DNA of 29,596 bases from IMG/VR virus record IMGVR_UViG_2541047905_000021; one strand, written 5' to 3'. Below, piece after piece: positions 15,598 to 24,060 of this stretch (positions are counted from its first letter, which is position 1; each line of letters opens with the position of its first letter). The notes under the pieces are model-generated. The model made no database searches and was not told where the DNA came from. It saw only the letters and a list, made by a program, of their open reading frames with translations. Both the position numbers and the translations under genes were made by a program. Source of the DNA: a virus. Taxonomy: Duplodnaviria; Heunggongvirae; Uroviricota; Caudoviricetes.

Positions 15598-16042
15598 GTT
15601 TAAGCGTTTTGAAGACCGGCTGGCGGGACTTATTGAATCGCTGTCACCGTCAGGGCGTCGGCGACTGAGCGCCGAACTGGCGAAACGTCTGCGGCAGAGT
15701 CAGCAGCGTCGGGTGATGGCACAGAAAGCCCCGGACGGCACACCCTACGCGCCACGCCAGCAGCAGAGCGCCAGAAAAAAGACTGGTCGTGTTAAGCGAA
15801 AAATGTTTGCGAAACTTATCACCAGTCGTTTTTTGCATATCCGCGCCAGCCCTGAACAGGCATCAATGGAATTTTACGGCGGGAAGTCACCGAAAATCGC
15901 CAGTGTGCATCAGTTCGGTCTGTCGGAAGAAAACCGGAAAGACGGTAAGAAAATTGATTATCCGGCGCGTCCTCTGCTCGGCTTTACCGGTGAGGATGTG
16001 CAGATGATTGAAGAGATTATCCTGGCTCACCTCGACCGTTAG
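15590..16042 (+). CDS. S: Tail completion protein gpS
   Basis: 150 aa, the P2 gpS length and position. Confidence 0.85.
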   Translation: MNEFKRFEDRLAGLIESLSPSGRRRLSAELAKRLRQSQQRRVMAQKAPDGTPYAPRQQQSARKKTGRVKRKMFAKLITSRFLHIRASPEQASMEFYGGKSPKIASVHQFGLSEENRKDGKKIDYPARPLLGFTGEDVQMIEEIILAHLDR

Positions 16043-16108
16043 TTGTGCCATTCCCGACACCTCATCGTCACATTGCCGCCGGTATGACCCGGCGGCATCC
16101 TTCCCGTT

Positions 16109-16744
16109 ATGAACACTCTCGCAAATATCCAGGAACTCGCGCGCGCACTGCGCAACATGATCCGCACCGGCATTATCGTCGAAACCGACCTTAACGCCGG
16201 TCGCTGCCGTGTGCAGACCGGCGGCATGTGCACCGACTGGCTTCAGTGGCTGACCCATCGCGCCGGGCGTTCGCGCACATGGTGGGCACCTTCCGTGGGG
16301 GAACAGGTGCTGATTCTGTCCGTGGGCGGTGAACTCGACACGGCGTTCGTTCTGCCGGGGATTTATTCCGGCGATAACCCCGCGCCGTCTGCGTCGGCTG
16401 ATGCCCTGCATATCCGTTTCCCTGACGGGGCGGTGATTGAGTATGAACCCGAAACCAGTGCACTCACGGCAAGCGGAATTAAAACGGCCAGCGTGACGGC
16501 TTCCGGCTCTGTTACTGCCACGGTGCCGGTGGTCACGGTGAAAGCGTCAACCCGTGTCACCCTGGACACACCGGAAGTGGTCTGCACTAACAAACTGACT
16601 ACCGGCACGCTGGAAGTGCAGAAGGGCGGGACGATGCGCGGCAACATCGCGCATACCGGCGGTGAACTCTCATCAAACGGTAAGGTACTGCATACCCATA
16701 AACACCCCGGCGACAGCGGCGGCACAACCGGGAGTCCTTTATGA
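16109..16744 (+). CDS. V: Baseplate central spike gpV
   Basis: 211 aa beginning MNTLANIQELARALRNMIRTG, as in P2 gpV. Confidence 0.9.
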   Translation: MNTLANIQELARALRNMIRTGIIVETDLNAGRCRVQTGGMCTDWLQWLTHRAGRSRTWWAPSVGEQVLILSVGGELDTAFVLPGIYSGDNPAPSASADALHIRFPDGAVIEYEPETSALTASGIKTASVTASGSVTATVPVVTVKASTRVTLDTPEVVCTNKLTTGTLEVQKGGTMRGNIAHTGGELSSNGKVLHTHKHPGDSGGTTGSPL

Positions 16745-17088
16745 CAGTGCGTTATCTCGGAATGAATCGCAGTGATGGCCTGACTGTCACTGACCTTGAG
16801 CATATCAGCCAGAGTATCGGCGATATCCTGCGTACACCGGTCGGCTCGCGGGTGATGCGTCGTGATTACGGCTCGTTGCTGGCGTCAATGATTGACCAGC
16901 CGCAGACCCCGGCGCTTGAGTTGCAGATTAAGGTCGCCTGTTACATGGCGGTACTGAAATGGGAACCCCGCGTCACCCTGTCATCCGTCACCACGGCGCG
17001 CAGTTTTGACGGGCGAATGACGGTCACGTTAACCGGCCAGCACAACGACACCGGCCAGCCACTTTCGTTAACCATCCCTGTGAGTTGA
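16741..17088 (+). CDS. W: Baseplate wedge protein gpW (gp25-like)
   Basis: 115 aa, the P2 gpW length. Its start overlaps the V stop. Confidence 0.85.
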   Translation: MTVRYLGMNRSDGLTVTDLEHISQSIGDILRTPVGSRVMRRDYGSLLASMIDQPQTPALELQIKVACYMAVLKWEPRVTLSSVTTARSFDGRMTVTLTGQHNDTGQPLSLTIPVS

Positions 17089-17092
17089 AACC

Positions 17093-18001
17093 ATGCCGAT
17101 TATCGACCTGAACCAGCTACCCGCACCGGATGTGGTCGAGGAGCTGGACTTTGAAACCATTCTTGCCGAACGCAAGGCGACACTGATTTCCCTTTACCCG
17201 GAAGACCAGCAGGAGGCGGTCGCCCGTACCCTGACGCTGGAATCTGAGCCTCTCGTCAAACTGCTGGAGGAAAATGCTTATCGTGAGCTTATCTGGCGTC
17301 AGCGTGTGAATGAGGCCGCACGGGCGGTAATGCTGGCTTGTGCCGCCGGTAATGACCTTGATGTGATTGGTGCCAATTACAACACCACGCGTCTGACTAT
17401 CACCCCGGCAGATGATTCGACTATCCCGCCGACACCGGCAGTGATGGAATCTGATACCGATTATCGTCTGCGTATTCAGCAGGCGTTTGAGGGCTTAAGC
17501 GTCGCCGGGTCGGTGGGAGCCTATCAGTATCATGGTCGCAGTGCCGACGGGCGTGTCGCGGATATCTCTGTCACCAGTCCGTCTCCGGCCTGCGTCACCA
17601 TCTCTGTGCTGTCCCGTGAAAATAACGGTGTCGCATCCGAAGACCTGCTGGCGGTGGTGCGTAACGCCCTTAATGGCGAGGACGTCAGACCGGTGGCCGA
17701 CCGCGTGACCGTGCAGTCTGCCGCCATCGTTGAATACCAGATAAACGCCACGCTTTACCTTTACCCTGGTCCCGAAAGCGAACCCATTCGCGCGGCCGCC
17801 GTGAAAAAGCTGGAAGCGTACATCACGGCACAGCACCGGCTGGGGCGCGACATCCGTCTGTCTGCCATTTATGCCGCTTTGCATGTGGAAGGCGTGCAGC
17901 GTGTCGAACTGACTGCACCGCTGGCCGACATCGTGCTCAACAGTACGCAGGCGTCTTTCTGTACCGAATACCGCGTCGTGACCGGAGGCTCGGATGAGTG
18001 A
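17093..18001 (+). CDS. J: Baseplate wedge protein gpJ
   Basis: 302 aa, the P2 gpJ length. Confidence 0.85.
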   Translation: MPIIDLNQLPAPDVVEELDFETILAERKATLISLYPEDQQEAVARTLTLESEPLVKLLEENAYRELIWRQRVNEAARAVMLACAAGNDLDVIGANYNTTRLTITPADDSTIPPTPAVMESDTDYRLRIQQAFEGLSVAGSVGAYQYHGRSADGRVADISVTSPSPACVTISVLSRENNGVASEDLLAVVRNALNGEDVRPVADRVTVQSAAIVEYQINATLYLYPGPESEPIRAAAVKKLEAYITAQHRLGRDIRLSAIYAALHVEGVQRVELTAPLADIVLNSTQASFCTEYRVVTGGSDE

Positions 18002-18524
18002 TTCGCGACTGCTGCCGACCGGCTCATCACCGCTTGAAGTTGCTGCCGCAAAAGCCTGTGCGGAAATTGAAAAAACGCCGGTCAGGATTCGTGAACTGTG
18101 GAACCCGGATACCTGTCCGGCAAATCTGCTGCCGTGGCTGGCGTGGGCGTTTTCGGTCGACAGGTGGGATGAAAAGTGGCCGGAAGCGACAAAACGCGCC
18201 GTTATCCGCGATGCCTATTTCATCCACTGTCATAAAGGCACTATAGGCGCAATCCGGCGTGTGGTGGAGCCGCTCGGTTATCTCATTAACGTAAAGGAAT
18301 GGTGGGAGACAAACGACCCGCCCGGAACCTTCCGCCTTGATATCGGCGTACTGGAAAGCGGCATCACGGAGGAGATGTATCTGGAAATGGAACGGCTGAT
18401 TGCCGATGCCAAACCCGCAAGTCGCCACCTTATCGGTCTGAACATTATCCAGGACATTCCCGGCTGTCTGTATACAGGCGGTGTGGTCTGTGATGGTGAT
18501 GTTATTACTGTTTATCCCGGATAA
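17994..18524 (+). CDS. I: Baseplate protein gpI
   Basis: 176 aa, the P2 gpI length. Confidence 0.85.
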   Translation: MSDSRLLPTGSSPLEVAAAKACAEIEKTPVRIRELWNPDTCPANLLPWLAWAFSVDRWDEKWPEATKRAVIRDAYFIHCHKGTIGAIRRVVEPLGYLINVKEWWETNDPPGTFRLDIGVLESGITEEMYLEMERLIADAKPASRHLIGLNIIQDIPGCLYTGGVVCDGDVITVYPG

Positions 18525-18534
18525 GTGAGAAACA

Positions 18535-21144
18535 ATGAGCACGAAATTTAAAACCGTTATCACTACTGCCGGAGCCGCAAAGCTGGCAGCCGCCACTGTC
18601 CCCGGCGGGAAAAAAGTAAACCTGTCTGCAATGGCCGTGGGTGACGGTAATGGCAAATTGCCGGTGCCGGATGCCGGTCAGACGAAGCTGGTGCATGAGG
18701 TCTGGCGTCATGCCCTGAATAAAGTCAGCGTGGATAATAAGAATAAAAACTATATCGTGGCTGAACTGGTTGTTCCGCCAGAAGTGGGCGGCTTCTGGAT
18801 GCGTGAGCTTGGTCTGTATGACGATGCCGGAACACTGATTGCGGTATCCAACATGGCAGAAAGCTATAAGCCAGAACTGGCTGAAGGCTCAGGACGTGCG
18901 CAGACCTGCCGCATGGTTATTATTCTCAGCAACGTGGCGTCCGTTGAGCTGAGTATTGATGCCAGCACAGTGATGGCGACGCAGGATTACGTCGATGACA
19001 AAATCGCAGAGCATGAGCAGTCCCGCCGCCATCCTGACGCCACGCTGACAGAAAAAGGTTTTACTCAGTTAAGCAGTGCAACAAACAGCACCAGTGAAAA
19101 GCTGGCGGCAACGCCAAAAGCGGTCAAGGCAGCAAATGACAACGCAAATTCACGTCTGGCGAAAAATCAGAACGGTGCAGATATCCAGGATAAATCAGCT
19201 TTTCTGGACAATATTGGTGTTACCAGCCTGACGTTTATGAAAAACAACGGCGAAATGCCTGTTGATGCCGACCTGAATACATTTGGTCCTGTTAAGGCTT
19301 ATTCAGGTATCTGGTCTAAAGCAACATCCACCAACGCAACACTGGAGAAAAACTTCCCTGAAGATAATGCTGTCGGTGTGCTTGAGGTTTTTACTGGCGG
19401 CAATTTTGCAGGCACGCAACGCTATACCACACGTGACGGAAATTTGTATATCCGCAAACTCATTGGAACATGGAATGGTAATGATGGACCATGGGGAGCA
19501 TGGCGCCATGTTCAGGCTGTAACGCGAGCTCTAAGTACGACCATTGACCTTAACTCTCTCGGTGGCGCAGAACATTTAGGTCTATGGAGAAACAGCAGTT
19601 CAGCAATAGCTTCTTTTGAACGACATTACCCCGAGCAGGGAGGAGACGCGCAGGGCATTCTGGAAATTTTCGAAGGTGGGCGATATGGACGCACACAGCG
19701 TTATACAACCAGTAACGGGACTATGTATATTCGCGGCCTGACAGCCAAATGGGATGCAGAAAATCCACAGTGGGAAGACTGGATCCAAATTGGTTATCAG
19801 ACCAGTAGTACCTTCTATGAGGATGACCTGGATGATTTGATGTCTCCGGGTATTTACAGTGTGACAGGCAAAGCGACCCACACCCCAATCCAGGGGCAGT
19901 CTGGTTTTCTGGAAGTCATCAGGCGCAAGGATGGTGTCTATGTTTTGCAACGTTACACGACCACAGGAACCAGCGCAGCTACAAAAGACCGTTTATATGA
20001 GCGAGTGTTTCTTGGTGGCTCATTTAACGCGTGGGGGGAGTGGCGACAGATTTATAACTCAAACTCTTTGCCGTTAGAGTTGGGTATCGGTGGCGCAGTG
20101 GCAAAACTCACCAGCCTGGACTGGCAGACATACGATTTTGTGCCGGGCAGTCTGATAACCGTTCGGCTGGATAACATGACCAATATTCCCGACGGTATGG
20201 ACTGGGGCGTCATTGATGGCAACCTGATAAACATCTCAGTCGGTCCGAGTGATGATTCTGGTTCGGGACGCTCAATGCATGTATGGCGCAGCACTGTAAG
20301 TAAAGCCAACTACCGCTTTTTTATGGTGCGTATTTCAGGAAATCCGGGAAGCCGCACGATTACAGCAAGACGAGTACCAATCATTGACGAAGCCCAGACA
20401 TGGGGCGCGAAACAGACATTCAGTGCTGGCCTTTCTGGTGAACTGTCCGGCAATGCGGCGACAGCAACAAAGCTGAAAACGGCAAGGACAATTAACGGCG
20501 TAAAATTTGACGGCTCGGCAAATATTGAAGCGTTTCCGCCAGGTGTTCCGCTGCCGTGGCCATCAGATACACCACCTGCAGGCTATGCAATTATGCAGGG
20601 GCAGACGTTTGATAAGGCAGCATATCCTAAACTGGCTATTGCCTATCCTTCTGGTGTTATTCCAGATATGCGCGGCTGGACAATCAAGGGCAAACCCGCC
20701 AGTGGACGTGCTGTATTGTCACAGGAACAGGACGGGATTAAATCGCATACTCACAGCGCCAGTGCGTCAAATACGGATTTAGGGACGAAAACGACCAGTT
20801 CATTTGATTACGGCACGAAGACAGTCAGTACGTTTAACCATGGCACAAAATCAACGAACAATACGGGCAATCATACGCACACTGTCGGTGGTGTTTATGG
20901 CGGCGACTCTGTCGGTGGAAAACAGCGTGTACAGGCTTCAGGAAACAATCAGGTGTCCAGCACAGCCGGAGCGCACGCCCATACGGTGGATATTGGTCAG
21001 CATAACCACACTGTAGGTATTGGTGCCCATGCACACACTGTAGCATTAGGTGCGCACGGGCACACCATCACGGTAAATGCTACGGGTAATACCGAAAACA
21101 CCGTCAAAAACATCGCATTTAACTATATTGTGAGGCTTGCATAA
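18535..21144 (+). CDS. H: Tail fibre protein gpH, a mosaic with a P2-like N-terminal third and a divergent, enlarged distal part
   Basis: 869 aa, compared with 669 aa in P2. The N-terminus [20 protein letters not shown] is P2 H-like. The protein contains three tandem repeats of about 60-90 aa, a collar motif ([25 protein letters not shown]) and C-terminal HxH repeats. Confidence 0.9.
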   Translation: MSTKFKTVITTAGAAKLAAATVPGGKKVNLSAMAVGDGNGKLPVPDAGQTKLVHEVWRHALNKVSVDNKNKNYIVAELVVPPEVGGFWMRELGLYDDAGTLIAVSNMAESYKPELAEGSGRAQTCRMVIILSNVASVELSIDASTVMATQDYVDDKIAEHEQSRRHPDATLTEKGFTQLSSATNSTSEKLAATPKAVKAANDNANSRLAKNQNGADIQDKSAFLDNIGVTSLTFMKNNGEMPVDADLNTFGPVKAYSGIWSKATSTNATLEKNFPEDNAVGVLEVFTGGNFAGTQRYTTRDGNLYIRKLIGTWNGNDGPWGAWRHVQAVTRALSTTIDLNSLGGAEHLGLWRNSSSAIASFERHYPEQGGDAQGILEIFEGGRYGRTQRYTTSNGTMYIRGLTAKWDAENPQWEDWIQIGYQTSSTFYEDDLDDLMSPGIYSVTGKATHTPIQGQSGFLEVIRRKDGVYVLQRYTTTGTSAATKDRLYERVFLGGSFNAWGEWRQIYNSNSLPLELGIGGAVAKLTSLDWQTYDFVPGSLITVRLDNMTNIPDGMDWGVIDGNLINISVGPSDDSGSGRSMHVWRSTVSKANYRFFMVRISGNPGSRTITARRVPIIDEAQTWGAKQTFSAGLSGELSGNAATATKLKTARTINGVKFDGSANIEAFPPGVPLPWPSDTPPAGYAIMQGQTFDKAAYPKLAIAYPSGVIPDMRGWTIKGKPASGRAVLSQEQDGIKSHTHSASASNTDLGTKTTSSFDYGTKTVSTFNHGTKSTNNTGNHTHTVGGVYGGDSVGGKQRVQASGNNQVSSTAGAHAHTVDIGQHNHTVGIGAHAHTVALGAHGHTITVNATGNTENTVKNIAFNYIVRLA

Positions 21145-21722
21145 TGGCTTTCAGAATGAGTGCAGAAGCACAAACTATCCGCGTTTTCAATTTACTTAAT
21201 GGAACCAATGAGTTTATTGGCGAAAGTGATGCATATATTCCGCCGTATACTGGCCTGCCTGCAAACAGTACAGATATTGCACCACCTGATATTCCTGCTG
21301 GTTATGCAGCCGTTTTCAATGCAGATGAAATGAAATGGGAACTGATGGAAGACCATCGCGGAAAGACCGTCTACGAAACGAAAACAGGAGCAGCCATTTA
21401 TATTTCTGAACTTGGCGTATTACCTCCAGACGTGACAGCTATTTCCCCGGAGGGGGATTATCAGAAATGGGACGGAAATGCGTGGGTGAATGATGAGAAT
21501 GCAGAACGTGATGCGCTTGTCAGAGCGGCGGAGTCTCAGAAGAAAGAGCAGATTGCATATGCAGGTGAAATTATTGCCACTCTGCAGGATGCTGTCGATT
21601 TAGATATGGCTACCGAGGAAGAAAAGTTAAGCCTGACACACTGGAAAAAATACCGTGTGCTACTGAATCGCGTTCAGCCGGAAAATGCCCCGGATATTGA
21701 ATGGCCGGAACTACCGCAATAA
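21144..21722 (+). CDS. G: Tail fibre assembly chaperone gpG (Tfa family)
   Basis: 192 aa, immediately downstream of H and overlapping it (TAATG). Confidence 0.8.
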   Translation: MAFRMSAEAQTIRVFNLLNGTNEFIGESDAYIPPYTGLPANSTDIAPPDIPAGYAAVFNADEMKWELMEDHRGKTVYETKTGAAIYISELGVLPPDVTAISPEGDYQKWDGNAWVNDENAERDALVRAAESQKKEQIAYAGEIIATLQDAVDLDMATEEEKLSLTHWKKYRVLLNRVQPENAPDIEWPELPQ

Positions 21723-21728
21723 ACACAG

Positions 21729-21750
21729 GCGGGCTTATTGTCCGCTTTTT
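21729..21750 (+). terminator. Intrinsic terminator after G (GCGGGC-TTATT-GTCCGC-TTTTT)
   Basis: A hairpin with one mismatch is followed by a T-run, 7 nt after the G stop. Confidence 0.6.
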
Positions 21751-21763
21751 CTTTATCGGTGGT

Positions 21764-21781
21764 TGTGCTGTCGATTAGCCA
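21764..21781 (+). promoter_or_regulatory. Late promoter PF activator-site candidate TGT-N12-CCA
   Basis: The motif and flanks match the P/O region. GAAAAT at 21817-21822 is a candidate -10, about 55 bp from the dyad centre, upstream of FI. Confidence 0.45.
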
Positions 21782-21854
21782 ACCGGGACAAATAGCCTGA
21801 CATCTCCGGCACAACTGAAAATACCACTCACCCATTAACCACGGAGTTAAACGG

Positions 21855-23045
21855 ATGAGTGACTATCATCACGGCGTGCAGGTGCTGGAGATTAACGACG
21901 GCACCCGCGTCATTTCCACCGTATCTACTGCCATTGTCGGCATGGTCTGCACGGCCAGCGATGCGGATGCGGAAACCTTCCCCCTCAATAAACCGGTGCT
22001 GATTACCAATGTGCAGAGCGCAATTGCAAAGGCTGGTAAAAAAGGCACGCTGGCGGCATCGTTGCAGGCCATCGCCGACCAGTCAAAACCGGTCACCGTT
22101 GTCGTGCGTGTGGAAGACGGCACCGGCGACGACGAGGAAACGAAACTCGCGCAGACCGTTTCCAATATCATCGGCACCACCGACGAAAACGGTCAGTACA
22201 CCGGACTGAAAGCCCTGCTGGCGGCGGAGTCGGTAACCGGTGTTAAACCGCGTATTCTCGGCGTGCCGGGACTGGACACCAAAGAGGTGGCTGTTGCACT
22301 GGCATCAGTCTGTCAGAAGCTGCGCGCTTTCGGGTATATCAGCGCATGGGGCTGTAAAACTATTTCCGAGGTGAAAGCCTACCGCCAGAATTTCAGCCAG
22401 CGTGAGTTGATGGTCATCTGGCCGGATTTCCTCGCATGGGATACGGTCACCAGTACCACCGCCACCGCGTATGCCACCGCCCGTGCGCTGGGTCTGCGCG
22501 CTAAAATCGACCAGGAGCAGGGCTGGCATAAAACACTGTCCAACGTTGGGGTGAACGGTGTTACCGGCATCAGCGCATCTGTATTCTGGGATTTGCAGGA
22601 GTCCGGCACCGATGCTGACCTGCTTAACGAGTCAGGCGTCACAACACTGATTCGCCGTGACGGTTTCCGCTTCTGGGGTAACCGTACCTGCTCTGATGAC
22701 CCGCTGTTCCTCTTTGAAAACTACACCCGCACCGCGCAGGTACTGGCCGACACGATGGCTGAGGCGCACATGTGGGCGGTGGACAAGCCCATCACCGCAA
22801 CGCTGATTCGCGACATCGTTGACGGCATCAATGCCAAATTCCGAGAGCTGAAAACAAACGGCTATATCGTGGATGCGACCTGCTGGTTCAGTGAAGAATC
22901 CAACGATGCGGAAACCCTCAAGGCCGGAAAACTGTATATCGACTACGACTATACCCCGGTGCCTCCTCTTGAAAACCTGACCCTGCGCCAGCGTATTACT
23001 GATAAATACCTGGCAAATCTGGTCACCTCGGTTAACAGCAATTAA
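21855..23045 (+). CDS. FI: Contractile tail sheath protein gpFI
   Basis: 396 aa, the P2 FI length. Confidence 0.9.
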   Translation: MSDYHHGVQVLEINDGTRVISTVSTAIVGMVCTASDADAETFPLNKPVLITNVQSAIAKAGKKGTLAASLQAIADQSKPVTVVVRVEDGTGDDEETKLAQTVSNIIGTTDENGQYTGLKALLAAESVTGVKPRILGVPGLDTKEVAVALASVCQKLRAFGYISAWGCKTISEVKAYRQNFSQRELMVIWPDFLAWDTVTSTTATAYATARALGLRAKIDQEQGWHKTLSNVGVNGVTGISASVFWDLQESGTDADLLNESGVTTLIRRDGFRFWGNRTCSDDPLFLFENYTRTAQVLADTMAEAHMWAVDKPITATLIRDIVDGINAKFRELKTNGYIVDATCWFSEESNDAETLKAGKLYIDYDYTPVPPLENLTLRQRITDKYLANLVTSVNSN

Positions 23046-23057
23046 GGAGCCTGACCG

Positions 23058-23576
23058 ATGGCAATGCCGCGCAAACTCAAGTTAATGAACGTCTTTCTGA
23101 ACGGCTACAGCTATCAGGGCGTTGCAAAGTCCGTCACGCTGCCAAAACTGACCCGTAAGCTCGAAAACTATCGCGGTGCGGGGATGAACGGCAGCGCACC
23201 GGTAGACCTCGGCCTTGATGACGATGCGCTGTCAATGGAGTGGTCGCTCGGGGGCTTCCCGGATTCGGTTATCTGGGAGCTTTACGCCGCAACCGGCGTG
23301 GATGCCGTGCCGATTCGTTTTGCAGGCTCTTACCAGCGCGACGATACCGGCGAAACGGTGGCCGTCGAAGTGGTCATGCGTGGACGTCAGAAAGAAATCG
23401 ACACCGGCGAGGGCAAACAGGGAGAAGACACCGAGTCGAAAATCTCCGTGGTCTGCACCTATTTCCGGCTGACGATGGACGGTAAGGAGCTGGTCGAAAT
23501 TGACACCATCAACATGATTGAAAAGGTGAACGGCGTCGACCGGCTGGAGCAACACCGCCGCAATATCGGCCTGTGA
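23058..23576 (+). CDS. FII: Tail tube protein gpFII
   Basis: 172 aa, the P2 FII length. Confidence 0.9.
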   Translation: MAMPRKLKLMNVFLNGYSYQGVAKSVTLPKLTRKLENYRGAGMNGSAPVDLGLDDDALSMEWSLGGFPDSVIWELYAATGVDAVPIRFAGSYQRDDTGETVAVEVVMRGRQKEIDTGEGKQGEDTESKISVVCTYFRLTMDGKELVEIDTINMIEKVNGVDRLEQHRRNIGL

Positions 23577-23632
23577 TTTTCATCCGGTCAGCCTGGCTGG
23601 CCGGTTAACCCTGATTCAGAAGTGAGAAAACC

Positions 23633-23908
23633 ATGAACAAAGAAAATGTCATTACCCTGGACAATCCGGTCAAACGTGGTGAGCAGGTTATCGAACAGGT
23701 CACGCTGATGAAACCCAATGCCGGGACGCTACGCGGTGTCAGTCTGGCTGCGGTTGCAAACTCCGAAGTCGATGCACTGATTAAGGTGCTGCCGCGCATG
23801 ACGGCACCGATGCTGACCGAGCAGGAAGTCGCCGCGCTGGAACTGCCTGACCTTGTGGCGCTGGCCGGTAAGGTGGTCGGTTTTTTGTCGCCGAACTCGG
23901 TGCAGTGA
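23633..23908 (+). CDS. E: Tail assembly chaperone gpE
   Basis: 91 aa, the P2 gpE length. Confidence 0.85.
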   Translation: MNKENVITLDNPVKRGEQVIEQVTLMKPNAGTLRGVSLAAVANSEVDALIKVLPRMTAPMLTEQEVAALELPDLVALAGKVVGFLSPNSVQ

Positions 23909-24060
23909 CGTTTCCAAAAAATCTCTCGGTCGATGACCTGATGGCGGATGTGGCAGTGATATTTCACTGGCCGCCATCAGAACTGTATCCCATGAGCCTG
24001 ACCGAACTCATCACATGGCGCGAAAAGGCGCTCCGGCGAAGCGGAAACACGAATGAGTAA
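23633..24060 (+). CDS. E': Tail assembly chaperone gpE+E', the -1 frameshift product
   Basis: The slippery heptamer T TTT TTG is at 23881-23887. The -1 frame stays open to the TAA at 24058-24060, giving about 142 aa as in P2 E+E'. The stop overlaps the T start. Confidence 0.75.

Noticed and set aside
16044-16061. GTTGTGCC...ACC, a TGT-N12-ACC match between S and V, considered as the PV activator site
   Set aside because: Its centre is only about 56 bp from the V start codon, so a -55 placement would put the transcription start on the ATG. A weaker TGT-N12-AGA at 15997-16014 fits the geometry better. Neither is convincing enough to annotate.
15887-18656. Minus-strand ORFs 15887-16411, 16363-16803 and 18027-18656
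   Set aside because: They are antisense to S/V/W/I/H, which are full-length P2 homologues. Their composition is typical of the non-coding frame.
20740-21075. Periodic DNA repeats (CA(C/T)ACNGT... GGTGC.CA.GC.CA) that look superficially like a tandem or CRISPR-like array
   Set aside because: They lie in frame inside H and encode the HxH(T)V repeat units. They lack the spacer-repeat architecture of constant length and are not intergenic.
23585-23605. Hairpin CCGGTCAGC-CTG-GCTGGCCGG after FII, considered as a terminator
   Set aside because: No U-run follows, and the downstream genes E and T belong to the same late operon in P2. At most it is an RNA stability element.
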